Assembly: GCA_000091205.1 (NCBI GenBank)
Contig: AP006494.2
Length of the DNA: 64,000 bases
Origin: Cyanidioschyzon merolae
Taxonomy: Eukaryota
Strand: one strand, 5' to 3'
This document shows positions 1 through 11,237 of this stretch, in pieces. Position 1 is the stretch's first letter; the number at the start of each line of letters is the position of its first letter. The position numbers and the translations under genes were made by a program. Below the pieces are notes generated by a model. That model saw only the letters and a list, made by a program, of their open reading frames with translations. It had not been told where the DNA came from and made no database searches.

Positions 1-2099
1 CCCCCCATTAACGCGATGATCCCAGCGCGAATGCGTCTCTGATTTTGACGTCTATCAATCCATACTCGTTAGGGATATTCCTTCGGCGGTACGGGCTGGC
101 CTCCTATGCATATGTCATGTTTTTCATCTAGCGTACCAGAGCCATTAGGGAATTACCTCCGGCGCTATGCTTTTTTTGGTCTGGCGGACTTGCCCGTTAG
201 TAAGATCGGCGAAATTGCTGGATCGATACTGGTTTCGGGAAATCGTCCATCCCGCTGACCAGTTTCTTTCCCTTCCTCGCATTTACTTTATCTCGGCTGT
301 GCTGATAGTTTCAGATATTGAACCCTGCGTCGCGTACCTGCCATCTGCATTCGCAGTGGCGTATCCGTCGCTGCTGCGGATGCAGTTTGGAAAGAGAGCA
401 GCTCTGACATACTACGGATCGCGTTGGAAAACGTTTGCTTCATGCAACGTAGGATTAAGTACATTTATTTTCTAGGCAGCCTTCAAGCTGTTCTTGCAGA
501 CCTTTTGCCTGCGATAGCGTAAAGCGCTATACCATTCCTCTACCGCAATCTAGGTGACTCTTTAGCGTAATATACCCGCTCCTGGTTCAGGATCTCTTCT
601 TTTGCCGAGGAGATGCTAAGGTGCGTTTTATCACTCGCTACTGTATTGTCTCTCTTATCAGAGGTTGGTAGAGTCTCGCTGCTTGCCGACCCTCCGCCTA
701 AATGTCACTGCTTGATTATACGCAAAGACTTCTTCCTTTTACTGTCTACAGTAGGTGGCATTAGTACTTGCTATCCCGTTTGTGTATATTATTTTTTTGT
801 ACTTTCTATATCGTGCGCCCTGCTTACGCATTGCGAACTCTGTCCGCTACTTCACTCTACGTTCGTGTTGCCGATCATGAGAAACGCGGTATTGACCTGT
901 TCTGGAGCGACTGCTCTTTCGGGGCCGCCTGCATTTGCGATCGAATTTTATCAAAGTATTGCTTTGGATTCAATGGCGTTTCTAACTTCCAGTATGTGTA
1001 TTGTACTGATGTTTGCGTTCAAGGCAGAAGCGTCCGATATGTTGTTCACTTAAAAAATGTCAGAGTTTTGTAATTTGAGGTTGTGGGTTGTGGATGTCCT
1101 GGGTTGCCTAGTTTAGGAACAAACGAGACATAGTAGCTATTGCTGAGGACTAGGAAAAGAAGAGGAAGCAAAATGGGGAGGCGCTACGACGAAGGCTGCA
1201 ATAGTGACATCTGTACGACTATATGGTTTTGTGATCCTGTTGTCTCCAACTTATCAATGATCCGTACAACTGAATGTTCCGAGATGCTTTCAGAAACCGC
1301 GTGGATTCGCACTCCAGGAATGTTTGTAGCTCTTGTTTAGGAGTGACGCATTTGCAGATCGAGCAGCATCGCGACGTAACGCACATCGCAAAAGTGGTAT
1401 TTCCGGAATAGTTTTTCAAAGAGAATTCTATCAACCACATGATTTCTCCGAAAAGGTAAGCATCAATGAGAAGAGAGCGGGCGGATGCCTACCTCAAAAT
1501 TTACGAGAAATTCCGCGACAACGGTGCTGGACACAGGGGTGACGCAGATATGTACGAATACAGGGCAATGGGTTTCCTCACGAACGCGAGGAACCAAAAA
1601 ATCTTAACCGTCGTCTTTTCCATGAATGGCGCCCCCTTTGCCCTCTACGCGGGCCTTCTTCGCGAAGGGATGCGGGCAATCATCGATGTTATCAGGAACG
1701 ATCGCAAGCATGAACAGGAGACCATATCCGTCGACAAGGTCACATCATGCTGGTTAACAAATGACGCTTCTGTTATCCGCGCCACTAGTCTAAAGCATCG
1801 TTCGGTCTTGGGGCTTGTCAACGCATGAGAAATATTCTCAGATATGAGTAAAGACGAAGAGATATATTACCCTATCCTCATGTCCTACTCCATGCTTTTG
1901 GACCGAGAACTCGAACGCAAGGCCGAAATGGAGCTGAGTATGGATATAATGAATTGCTGGAGAAATGGCACTGAAGACCTTCTCCCGTTGCGGTTTATTT
2001 TTCGTCCGGTTATGCGAGTTCAAGTCACATTTTGTGAATATCGACTCTAGATTTCTTTAGGCCTTCAAGAAAGAGATTTATCCAGTGCTCGATAGAGGC

Positions 2100-3345
2100 A
2101 CCAAAGAGGTCACTGGCGAAGACCGGGACACCTACTGGAAGAATATCTTCGATTGCAAGCGTCCGATACCGGCCAAAAGAAGGTATTCACGGGGGCCATC
2201 GATGACGATGGGGTATACATATTGGTTCACTTTCAGCGGTTGCAGGCACTTCGTCCTATCCCGTCTCCGTTACCGCCCTTGCCGAAGCACGAAAACAAGA
2301 CGAAAGGCCACGGGACGTATCATCTACACGAGAACGACTTCGTCGTCGGCCTTTACTCCTGGAATACTGACGTCATTACCATCGCTGTACCCAAGCGTTC
2401 CTAAGATTTTACTGAATGTTGCTTACGTCAGAAAGGCATGCGTCTTTTTCAGGTTCTCGAGATCGAGGTACTACCGAGAAGCGGGAATCATGAATCCGGG
2501 GAAGAAAATTGAGACCCTAAATGCAGGAGTGAAAGAGTATCTGAAAGTAATTAGCGAGGTGACGAGCCGACGAGCGGACTCTCAGGCCTGTCGAGAATTC
2601 ATGGAGGTTCGTTTTGTCCATTGGGATTCGCTGTAGAAGAAGTATAAAAGGCCCCGGTGGGTAGTCTACCTATGAGTCCTTACTGTGGTAGGCAGCGTTC
2701 ATTCGCGAAGTTTTTCAATGCGTTGAACGCCTCCAGGAGAATGAGAGTCAGTGGCTCATAGTGGCCTATGGAGCAGGGAGCAGGGCTCCGAAAAATGGGG
2801 ACTACGCCAGCTTCGTCGACGAGGACATACAATGTGTGTGCACGGCGTTTTCTTACAATCCCTGTAGATGGGTTCCGAACATTGTGTACACACCATGCGC
2901 TGGGCTGTATACTTCAGAGAGTGGAGATGGAAAAGTGTCATCGCAGCCCTGGGGAATTAGCAAAGTACGGACCGCTGACGGAACTGCTAATGGAAAGAAG
3001 GGCGAAAGTTCCTGGACTACTTGCAATAGCAAGTATAACGAATGAGGGCAAGAAACGGATGGGGTTTGTAAATCGTGCCTTTGATGCCGCATTCAATTTC
3101 AGAAGAAGTGCGGTGCTGGAGAAAATACCTCCAGAGTCGACATGAGAGAACTTTGTTTGACAACCTCTCAAAGTCGAACTATATGAGACAAGATTGGACG
3201 CAGGAGTAGGTGGCCGGTCCAAAAAGACGGGGGGCGTCTGCATAGCAATGGGAGACTTCTTGCTAGGGCGGGCTTCTCGCCAATACTGTACACCGCTGGC
3301 GCCGTTCGAGTGTAAAAGGCGGTGGTGGCCTGGACGCTCGGACTC
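2100..3345 (+). mobile_element. Decayed TnpB/Fanzor-like (IS605 OrfB-type RuvC nuclease) repeat copy 1. Frameshifted RuvC-I-like 'DFVVGLYSWNTDVITIAVP' lies near 2330-2400, degenerate RuvC-III 'FVNRAFDAAFNF' at 3065-3100, and a conserved roughly 200-bp 3' tail runs to about 3345. Frameshifted ORFs from about 1333 to 2100 may be its decayed N-terminal half.
   Basis: Conceptual translations match the other three copies (31273-31656 minus strand, 31700-32460, 45814-46100). Stops and frameshifts interrupt every frame, and RuvC-I D and RuvC-III D are mutated in this copy. Confidence 0.55.
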
Positions 3346-3369
3346 GTCGTCGGTGAGCACCAGACGTTT

Positions 3370-3410
3370 CCGAACAGTAGCCGAACAGTAGCCGAACAGT
3401 AGCCGAGCGG
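3370..3410. repeat. 11-bp minisatellite (ccgaacagtag) x about 3.7, about 430 bp upstream of the PMT-like gene start
   Basis: Direct reading of the tandem units. Confidence 0.9.
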
Positions 3411-3840
3411 TTCCAAAGCACTGCACCAGTTGCCACAGGAGCGACGCCCAGGCACACGACCGGGTCTCGGGAAACGCTGCAGTTGCTGGTGTACGAGCCG
3501 GTGCGTACCCGCCGAGAACGAGCTGGTCATCTTCGTCCGTGATCCCGGCACTCAAAGTGCACTCAGGCCCAGGCAGCTATTACCTCCTGTCCCTGGACGC
3601 GCAGGATCGCCGTCGGAGCGTACGCACTGTAAAGCACGTCAAACGTTCAAAGAGCTAGCTACTCGGCGAGTAGTTTACGTTCTTCAATCAAGCGCGGAGC
3701 AGCAGCAGCAGCGTCGAGCGCCTGCCTTTGACAGCGGCCTGTCCGCAGACGACTGCACACGCCTAACCGCTGCCCCTGGTGACCCCCGAGGCGGGACACT
3801 TTGGTGATTCCTGCGCCGGCCGTACTCCCACGGACCTAAA

Positions 3841-5538
3841 ATGGCGCCTGCTGTCAAGCGAAGAGCCGCGGACGCCACCGCCGCTTCGCTACCCGCCTCG
3901 TCGCCGTCAGCTGAGCGTGTGCAGGCGGCAGACTTGGACGTCATGCATCAGGGCCGCACCAAAGAGGACACACCACAGCATGAGCACCCGGGCGCTGACC
4001 CGCAGAAACAACAGGCATCACCACTCGAACGACTAGTGCTGCGCTCGACTGCGCACGTACGCGCGAACCCGGACGCCTGGCTCACGGGTGCGCTCGTGCT
4101 GCTTGGACTGTGGACGCGCCTCTACCGGATCCGCTGGCCACCCGAATGCGTCTTCGATGAGGTTCACTTTGCGTCGTTCGCACACCACTACCTCAATCGC
4201 ACCTACTTCTTTGATATCCACCCGCCTCTGGCGAAGCTCACGCTGGCCGCAGTCGCGAAACTCGCTGGTGACGTCCCGAATCGCGACTGGTACGTCGACA
4301 AGGTCTACCCACCAGACAGCCGGTACTATGCAATGCGCGCGTGCGCTGGCGTCTTCGGGGCGCTCCTGCCTCCGCTAGGCTTCCGCATCGCCCGCGGGAT
4401 GGGTATGTCGCGGATCGCAGCCACTAGTGTGGGCGTGTTTCTGCTCTTCGACATGCTGAACCTGATCGAGGCGCGCCATATCCTCACGGACTCGCAGCTC
4501 ATCTTCTACGCTGCGCTATGCATCGATGCGTTCGTGCGGCTGTGGCGCACGCCTCCAGCGAGCCGCGCTCGACGCTGGGCTGCTGTGCGCGCCGGCCTCG
4601 CGAGCGGTGCAGCGCTCTCAGTGAAGTGGACCACGCTCGTGGTGCCCGGCCTCTTCGGCCTCGAGTCGGTTGCCGGCGCTGCGCTCGCCGCCGAGCCGCT
4701 CGAGTGGAGCACCTGCGCGATCGTCGCCGCAACAGCCCTGCTCTTGTACGTGGCGCTCTGGTACCCGCACTTTCGGATTCTGATCTATAATGGACCAGGC
4801 GGTGACTTTATGAGCGCCGAGTTCCAGCGGACCCTCATTGGTCGCGACGGCTACGACCCGCAGGCCCGAAAGCCGCCTTTCCTCAAGCTCGTCTGGCAGC
4901 TCAACAAGGAGATGCTGCTGGCGAACGCGCGCATCCTCGATGAGCACCAGTGGCAAGCGCGCTGGCACACATGGCCATACGTAGGCCGTGGCCTCCTTTA
5001 CTGGAATCGCTGGCAGGAGGGTACGTTGGATGCTGACGGGCGACCGCTGCGCCCGCATCACGCCATGCAGATCTATCTGATCGGGAATCCGCTGCTGTTC
5101 TGGATGTGCTTGGCAGCGGTGCTTGGTACAGTGGCGGCAATGCCGTTCTTGCTGCGCCTGATTCGCCAGCGGAAAAAGCGTGGAACGAGCACGGACGCAT
5201 GGGAGCGCTACCTGCGGCTGGCAACATTCCTTCTGCTTGGCTATGCGCTCGGCATTCTCCCGTACATGCCGATCCAGCGAAGTACGTTTATCTACCACTA
5301 CCTGCCGTCGCTGTTGTTCGCGGAGCTGCTTTTTGCGCACGCGGTCCTCGATCTGCCGGCGCTACCGTCGGTGCTGCAGCTGCCGCTCGCCGGTATCGTC
5401 TGGATCGTTGTCTTCTGGTGCTTCTGGTACTTCCGCGCCTGGGTCTATGGACACATCGCGCTCACCGCCGACGACCATGAGGCCATGCGCTGGATCAAGT
5501 ACACGTCCAGCGTAGGCGACAACAAGGGATGGCACTGA
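3841..5538 (+). CDS. GT39-family dolichyl-phosphate-mannose protein O-mannosyltransferase-like (PMT-like) multi-pass membrane protein, 565 aa, apparently lacking the MIR domain
   Basis: Loop-1 signature 'VFDEVHFASFAHHYLNRTYFFDIHPPLAKL' matches the PMT/POMT catalytic DE motif region. Multiple hydrophobic segments follow, in one uninterrupted ORF. Confidence 0.75.
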   Translation: MAPAVKRRAADATAASLPASSPSAERVQAADLDVMHQGRTKEDTPQHEHPGADPQKQQASPLERLVLRSTAHVRANPDAWLTGALVLLGLWTRLYRIRWPPECVFDEVHFASFAHHYLNRTYFFDIHPPLAKLTLAAVAKLAGDVPNRDWYVDKVYPPDSRYYAMRACAGVFGALLPPLGFRIARGMGMSRIAATSVGVFLLFDMLNLIEARHILTDSQLIFYAALCIDAFVRLWRTPPASRARRWAAVRAGLASGAALSVKWTTLVVPGLFGLESVAGAALAAEPLEWSTCAIVAATALLLYVALWYPHFRILIYNGPGGDFMSAEFQRTLIGRDGYDPQARKPPFLKLVWQLNKEMLLANARILDEHQWQARWHTWPYVGRGLLYWNRWQEGTLDADGRPLRPHHAMQIYLIGNPLLFWMCLAAVLGTVAAMPFLLRLIRQRKKRGTSTDAWERYLRLATFLLLGYALGILPYMPIQRSTFIYHYLPSLLFAELLFAHAVLDLPALPSVLQLPLAGIVWIVVFWCFWYFRAWVYGHIALTADDHEAMRWIKYTSSVGDNKGWH

Positions 5539-7567
5539 AAACGACGTTATGGGAATATGCAGGCGACACAGCTCAGCAGCGTGCCCTCGAAGGAGCGCCT
5601 CGAGTGCGCAGCGGCGTTGCCAGCGGGAAATTAACCGAGGCGCACGCATCGCGCGCGCCCATGCGTGTCACGGGCACGCACCTCGATGCGTGCATCGATA
5701 CCCTTGACGCCTCCATGTGATCGAATCCGCTGGGGATGCGCATGTGTGCATGCTCCAAGTGTATTTGTGACATGCGTGCCTCGAACGATCCTTGTTTGTG
5801 ACGCCTGCTTGTGCGTGTAACCGCTGGGAACGCATACCTGTTGTTCTTCCAAAGACACGCACTAGACGCAGGCCTGGAAAACGCATCCTCTAGGACTTGT
5901 AGGCAGCAAAGTGGCGCACTGTCGAGCACGTCGGCACTGGGAGCGTGCTCAGCGCACGCAATAGAGCGCACAGTCTCGACTGAGGTGAAGAGGCTTGCGT
6001 CATAGATTAGTTTGTGAACTCGAATCTCTCGGCGACTGGATGCGTGGACTTTACTGACTGGCAGCTGTCGCCCGTATGGGGGGCCACAGCAGGGTGCAAG
6101 CGTGACGCTACAGTCGCTCTCTGAGAATGGACGCTACTGTGTGCTCATCAGCAGGGCTCAGTGCGCCACGACTGGTGTGCAACGCCACCGAACGCGTTTT
6201 TCGTCATAAAGGGGCGGTGTCCGTGCATTGGTGTCTCGGATATAGCACCATCCGCAAGATGCATCGCGCGCGCTCCTCCGCATTCGGATGAGCAATCGCT
6301 TCTAGCCATGCTGCAGCAGCTGATGCGCTCGGTGAATGCACGGGAGTGCCGTCCATGCCAGCGCCATCTAGGTGTCCGCGCACGTCGGGGCCGATTCGCA
6401 CTGCGATACCAGGTGGCTCCGTGGCTTCGCGTCCATCGGCCCGCCATCCAAACCACTGCACCTATAGACGACTCGGCATCGCCCCGCTTCTAGCACACCG
6501 CCACCTGCTCGTGCACCCACGTTCTTGGCTGATTCGATATGACCGCGCCACCTCCGGCTATGCTGTCCAGTACGCGCAATCTGATTCCGTTACAGCGCCG
6601 TGCGCTCAAGGGTAACGCACATAGACTCCGCCCGGACCCGGCATTGACATCGACGATGCCCTCACTCCGGAGCTGGATGGCGTCTGCGGCCAGGGCCGAC
6701 ACGCCATGGGTGCCGGCACCTGGAGGCGGCAGCCGTGTTCCCCGTTGAGCGTCACCTGCAATGCGTGCGGCCGTGCGGCATACGTATTCGAATGATGCAA
6801 CAATCCCGCAGTCGGCAATTCCCGTCTAGTGGAAAGCATTCTAAATCCTATCAATTCCAGAGATGCGCAGGCGCCGAGTGCGCCCAGAATCCATACGCAA
6901 ACGCATACAAAGCGTGATGCACGGCAATAGACGCCAAACGAATGTTCTAAGCCCTCTGCCGTTCAAACGTATGCTGCGCGGATCGCACAGACCGCAGCGG
7001 GCAGCGCCAGCAGTGCAGCCGCAGTGCAGCGACATCACTGCCGAGAGATAATGAACGCGATCAAGAGTCCTACGAGAACACCGCCAACCGTCGCTACACC
7101 CGTCAGCAACATAGTGACGTCAACCTGGTGCAGTGGGCCCACGTCCAGGAGGACCGGCTCACGTGCGCCTATCACGAGGAAGCCCGCTTGAGCCAAGGAC
7201 ATACCTGCCAGTGCGCTGCGGTCAAGCGACGCTCGCAGCTGCACAATCGCAGCCTGCGGGCGCCCAACACGGGACCCTTGCAGAGCACTCGAGCTCCGGT
7301 GTCTCTGCAGGACTTGCCCGAGCACCCACGCTTGTTTGCGATCTTGCAGGCTCGCCGGGTGCAGCGGTGTCCAGCGCCGAGGCAGCACCTGCGACAGCGG
7401 CGTTCGTTCGGCACCCGAAGCGAGCCTCTCGCCAACTACAGAGAAAGCATGCAGTTGCACAAAGGCCACGTCCACGGGCAGTACCTCGAGGCAACAGGAC
7501 GCACTCGCTTCCCGACCCTTGCCGGCCGAGCAGCTCGTTGGCGCTGCCATAGCAGAGGCCTCAGCAC

Positions 7568-7623
7568 GGTATCGGTATCGGTATCGGTATCGGCACTGGC
7601 ACTGGCACCGGCACCGGCACCGC
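7568..7623. repeat. Compound microsatellite (GTATCG)n followed by (CACTGG/CACCGG)n
   Basis: Direct reading. Confidence 0.9.
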
Positions 7624-7713
7624 TGCACACGCTTCACGGCAGTGTCCTATTCTGTGCCTGTTGTCGATCTGCGGGCGTAGCGCAGCACGCGTTGGCGACG
7701 CGCTGCACGCAGC

Positions 7714-7757
7714 GCATGCATGCACGCACGCACGCACGCATGCATGCATGCATGCAT
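7714..7757. repeat. Compound microsatellite (ATGC)n/(ACGC)n
   Basis: Direct reading. Confidence 0.9.
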
Positions 7758-8913
7758 ACAGCGATCCATGCACTTGGGTGATGTTTCCAAGTTCAGCGCC
7801 CGTACCCGTAGTCTACGGGGTGTATCCATAGATAGATGCATGCGCAGGCATAGGCGCGTGCGTGTTCGTATGCGGATGGGCAACGGCTGTGTAAAGCACA
7901 GATCAGTGTCTAGCGCTGATTCGCATCTGTTCGCATGTGCGGAACGCAATCGTTGGTGCCGCAGTCAACATCAACGCCGTCGCCGTGGATGCTTCGGTTA
8001 CAGGTGCGTCGATCGCAGCGAGCCTTTATAAGGGCTGCCTTGCATCTCCGCGAAACGCAATTCACATGCCGCAGTAGTGTCATGGGAGCACGCATCGCGC
8101 GTGTGTGTGGATACAGTGACGTGTGGCGCTGCTAGAGGCTGCCTAGCCAACTGCCGCCAAATCCAATGGAATGCTGCATCATTGGGCAATGTCGCGTACA
8201 CCATTCTGTCATTCCAGCAACAAGGTGCCTCATAGAATCTGCGGAACGTTCTGCCTTCTGAATCCTGCTGCGCACACAGATGCACCGGTAGATACCCTGC
8301 ACACTGCACACGCATCGTGCATGCACTTCTACCAGCGGATACGAGCAGCGTCGGCATTCACCGCCGAACCGGAGCATATTCTATGTGAATAAAGCGCCCA
8401 CACCCTGATCACGAATCAGAGGCTGCAGCGCCACCCAGGTCGGCCGGGTCCAGCGTGACGCATTCGCTAGCCGATACGCGACTCGTGCTGCTCAGTTGCA
8501 GCTGCTCGTTGTGCAGCCCGCCTGCGCAAGTGCAAGTGCTGCACACTGTTGCGCTCACCGCCAGCACAGAGCGTCGCATCCGAGGGCGTCCGCGCAAGGC
8601 ACACGACCCGTAGCGGCCGCCTGTCCCGACAAGGACAGTCGCAAACCGCACGCTCGCCGATACTGATCTGTGAGCAATCACACAAGTGCAGGCTGTACAG
8701 TCTCGCAACGATCAGTCGATTGATGCGTGCCTCCACGAGTCAGCGCAGAAGATTCTATCCACTTTCAGCAGTTTTATAGAGGATAGCACGATGCTCCAGA
8801 TGCGAGTCTATGGGATATCCGCATTATTATAGGCAATGGCACGTATCTATACAGTTTACTCTGCATAAAACTTGAGTTTCTATTCCAGGTAACCCGAGCT
8901 CGCCCACTCGAGT

Positions 8914-9903
8914 TTATCTACCACCACCATGCCGTGATTCTGGCGCTGGGCCCTCAGAACGACTGCGCGCAGACTCCTCAGCGCGAAGGCGCAGCGCCTC
9001 TAGCAGCGCCTCCAGATCGTGCCGCCAGTCGCCCGCTGGTGGTGGCTCGATGCCAAACGCTGCGAACAGGGGACCAGCATCGCCGCGGCTGCGTCTCAGC
9101 GCAGTCGAAAGCGCCTCCAGCTGCTGCCGAAACGCGGCAGATTGCAGCACGCTCTCCAGGTCGATGCTGGATGGCAGGTACTCGCGGCACAGGGCAGCGG
9201 ATGCAGGTCCGAGGCCCGGCTCGCGGAGAAGCCGCTCCAGCGCGGGGCCCCAGCGCAGAAGCGCCCCGAGGTCAGGCGTATCATCGGCGCGCGCCTGCGG
9301 CTGTCGACTTGCGTCATCCGCAGCATGCACAGCATCGGAAGCAGCGCTGGCCCCCAGACGCTGCAGCGCGTCTACGAGCGACTGCCCAAGCGCGGCGGAC
9401 GACGGACGCGTCGCGCCGTCAGGTACCTGCGAGCTGAGGCCTGGCCCAGGTCGGGACTCTGCGTCGCTGAGCCGCACCTCATCTGCGTGATCCAAGCCAG
9501 CAGGGTCGTCCAGGGGACGACACTCGAGCGCGTTGCGCAGCCGCTGTGCCAGCCGCACGTCCGCGTCGCAGCGAGGCTCTTGCAGCCAAAAGAACAGCTG
9601 TAGATCCGACGACGCAAAGCCCAAGACGAACATTCTACCAGTCCGGCAGGCGTGCACGCGCCGCCAGTTCGCGTCGCCGGGGAACACGATCAGGTCCTCC
9701 TCGATTGCACGGGTTGCGCGGTCGAGCCACTGGAAGTGCACGAGGCCGTCCGCGGCTCGCACGACACGGACGCAGCCCTTGCGGCCGTCCGAGTGCACCA
9801 AACCACTGTCCAGGTACGCGCGACCTGCGCGGAACTCCACCAGTACCTGCTCTGGAAGTTCGTCCATCTGGCGTTCCAAGCTTGAAACACGGCCGTCCCG
9901 CAC
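8914..9903 (-). CDS. RPN13: Proteasomal ubiquitin receptor Rpn13/ADRM1-like (N-terminal Pru domain, C-terminal DEUBAD-like region)
   Basis: 'LVEFRAGRAYL...RKGCVRVV...LVHFQWLDRATRAIEEDLIVFPGDANWRRV...TGRMFVLGF...LFFWLQEP' aligns with the Pru domain consensus (LVEFRAGKM...KGLVYI...LIHFCWKDRT...EDDLIIFPDD...GRVYVLKF...LFFWMQEP). Confidence 0.7.
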   Translation of the reverse strand: MRDGRVSSLERQMDELPEQVLVEFRAGRAYLDSGLVHSDGRKGCVRVVRAADGLVHFQWLDRATRAIEEDLIVFPGDANWRRVHACRTGRMFVLGFASSDLQLFFWLQEPRCDADVRLAQRLRNALECRPLDDPAGLDHADEVRLSDAESRPGPGLSSQVPDGATRPSSAALGQSLVDALQRLGASAASDAVHAADDASRQPQARADDTPDLGALLRWGPALERLLREPGLGPASAALCREYLPSSIDLESVLQSAAFRQQLEALSTALRRSRGDAGPLFAAFGIEPPPAGDWRHDLEALLEALRLRAEESARSRSEGPAPESRHGGGR

Positions 9904-10973
9904 ACCAAAGTCACACTCGCTCCGAGCAGCAAGGCTCGACAGTCAGCCACGCGAAAGCCGGTGTAGCGCTCACGGGCTGTCCGGTCATGGACGCCGCACT
10001 AAAACGGCGGCAGTGGCACCAAGACCGAAACTGATAATAAAAGCTACTCCACCGACAATGCAGTACACGCTAGACGGTGCAGCAGCTTGCACCGATACGA
10101 AACGTTCAGAAGTACTACGAGAGGCGACACACGCCGCGCACGAACGAGGTCAGGCGCTCTGAATGCCGCTCCGGGCATCGAGCTGGGAGGCGCCGGCGCG
10201 GCGCCGCCTCTGGTGACTGCAACCCACGAAGGGCGCAGCTCACTCATGGGGCGCGTCTCGGGCCCTCCTGTGTGCCGTTACACTGATGCCCGCACGTTGC
10301 AGCGCATGACTTGGCGAAGATGTATGACGAGCCGTGCATGACACCTGACGGCGAGCATAGCGCAGCGGTCAAGCGACTGCAGATTCCCGATACCAGAGCG
10401 CTCCGTCCAAGTCCCTGGTGTGTATCACAGCGACATGCTGCCCCCGAGGCTCTCGTAGACGCAGCGTGTGCGTGTCCGGTGCCTCTCGCATCCATGCGCA
10501 TCACAGAGAAGCGCGAGTGATTGCCAGCGCACGCACATAGTACACGTGTCCAGTGCGTTGCTTCCGTATGCACGCATCCCGAAAGCACCCCGAAAGGAAA
10601 TCCAATTGCACCACGTGAACCGGTCTCGTTCACCGTTACGCTCTGTTCGATACGAGAATGTATGAGCAGTACAGCGAGCAACCACGAAATCAATGTGCTG
10701 TTACCAGCGATGTGGCATAAAAGCATCAGCGAGCACATTGACCCCTGTGGAATCGCTCCGTGGGAATATTGCCCTGCACGGCTTGGCAGGATCGTCCATC
10801 ACAGGAATCGCACCGTGCATGACGCTGGCGTTCCGTCGCCATCGAACGCACCTGGTGTACTACGAAACCACCTGCCCGGCATGTCTCTGTCGTATCAAGC
10901 AGCGCATCCATCAATGAGTGCGCAGCTATTCATCTGAAACTCGCTGCCAGCAGGCCGGCATTCACGCCGCGTA

Positions 10974-11044
10974 CCGATCCCGTGCCGATCCCGTGCCGAT
11001 CCCGTGCCGATCCCGTGCCGATCCCGTGCCGATCCCGTGCCGAT
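10974..11044. repeat. 11-bp minisatellite (ccgtgccgatc) x about 6.5, about 200-260 bp upstream of the FTR1-like gene
   Basis: Direct reading. Confidence 0.9.
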
Positions 11045-11237
11045 TGGCGGCTGGCGTGCAGCATGCGCGTGCGCCATCAATATCGGAGGAAGCAGCACGA
11101 GCAGCAGCAGCAGTAGCGGTAGTCGTAGCGTCGTGGGAATCCGCCAACTTGTTCTCCCGCTCATTCTTGCCCCGTTGCAGAGGCACGTAGGCGTAGAGAC
11201 TCACTTTTAGGTCGTTTTCTGCAAAAGAACGCACTCG

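Noticed and set aside
4618-5340. Long antisense and alternative-frame ORFs (100-350 aa) overlapping real genes. Examples: 4618-5340(-) in PMT-like, 9019-9603(+) in RPN13, 11319-12371(-) in FTR1, 13880-14509(-) in NRS/ER, 16207-16836(-) in the dehydratase, 43242-44021(+) in CDC48, 49941-50687(-) in the kinase, 53037-53729(+) in SMC3.
   Set aside because: High GC3 coding sequence suppresses stop codons on the other strand and in other frames. These translations are low-complexity (R/A/S/P-rich) with no motifs and overlap well-supported genes.
10974-11044. CRISPR-like array
   Set aside because: Units are 11 bp with no spacers between them. These are simple minisatellites, and this is a eukaryotic gene context with no cas genes.
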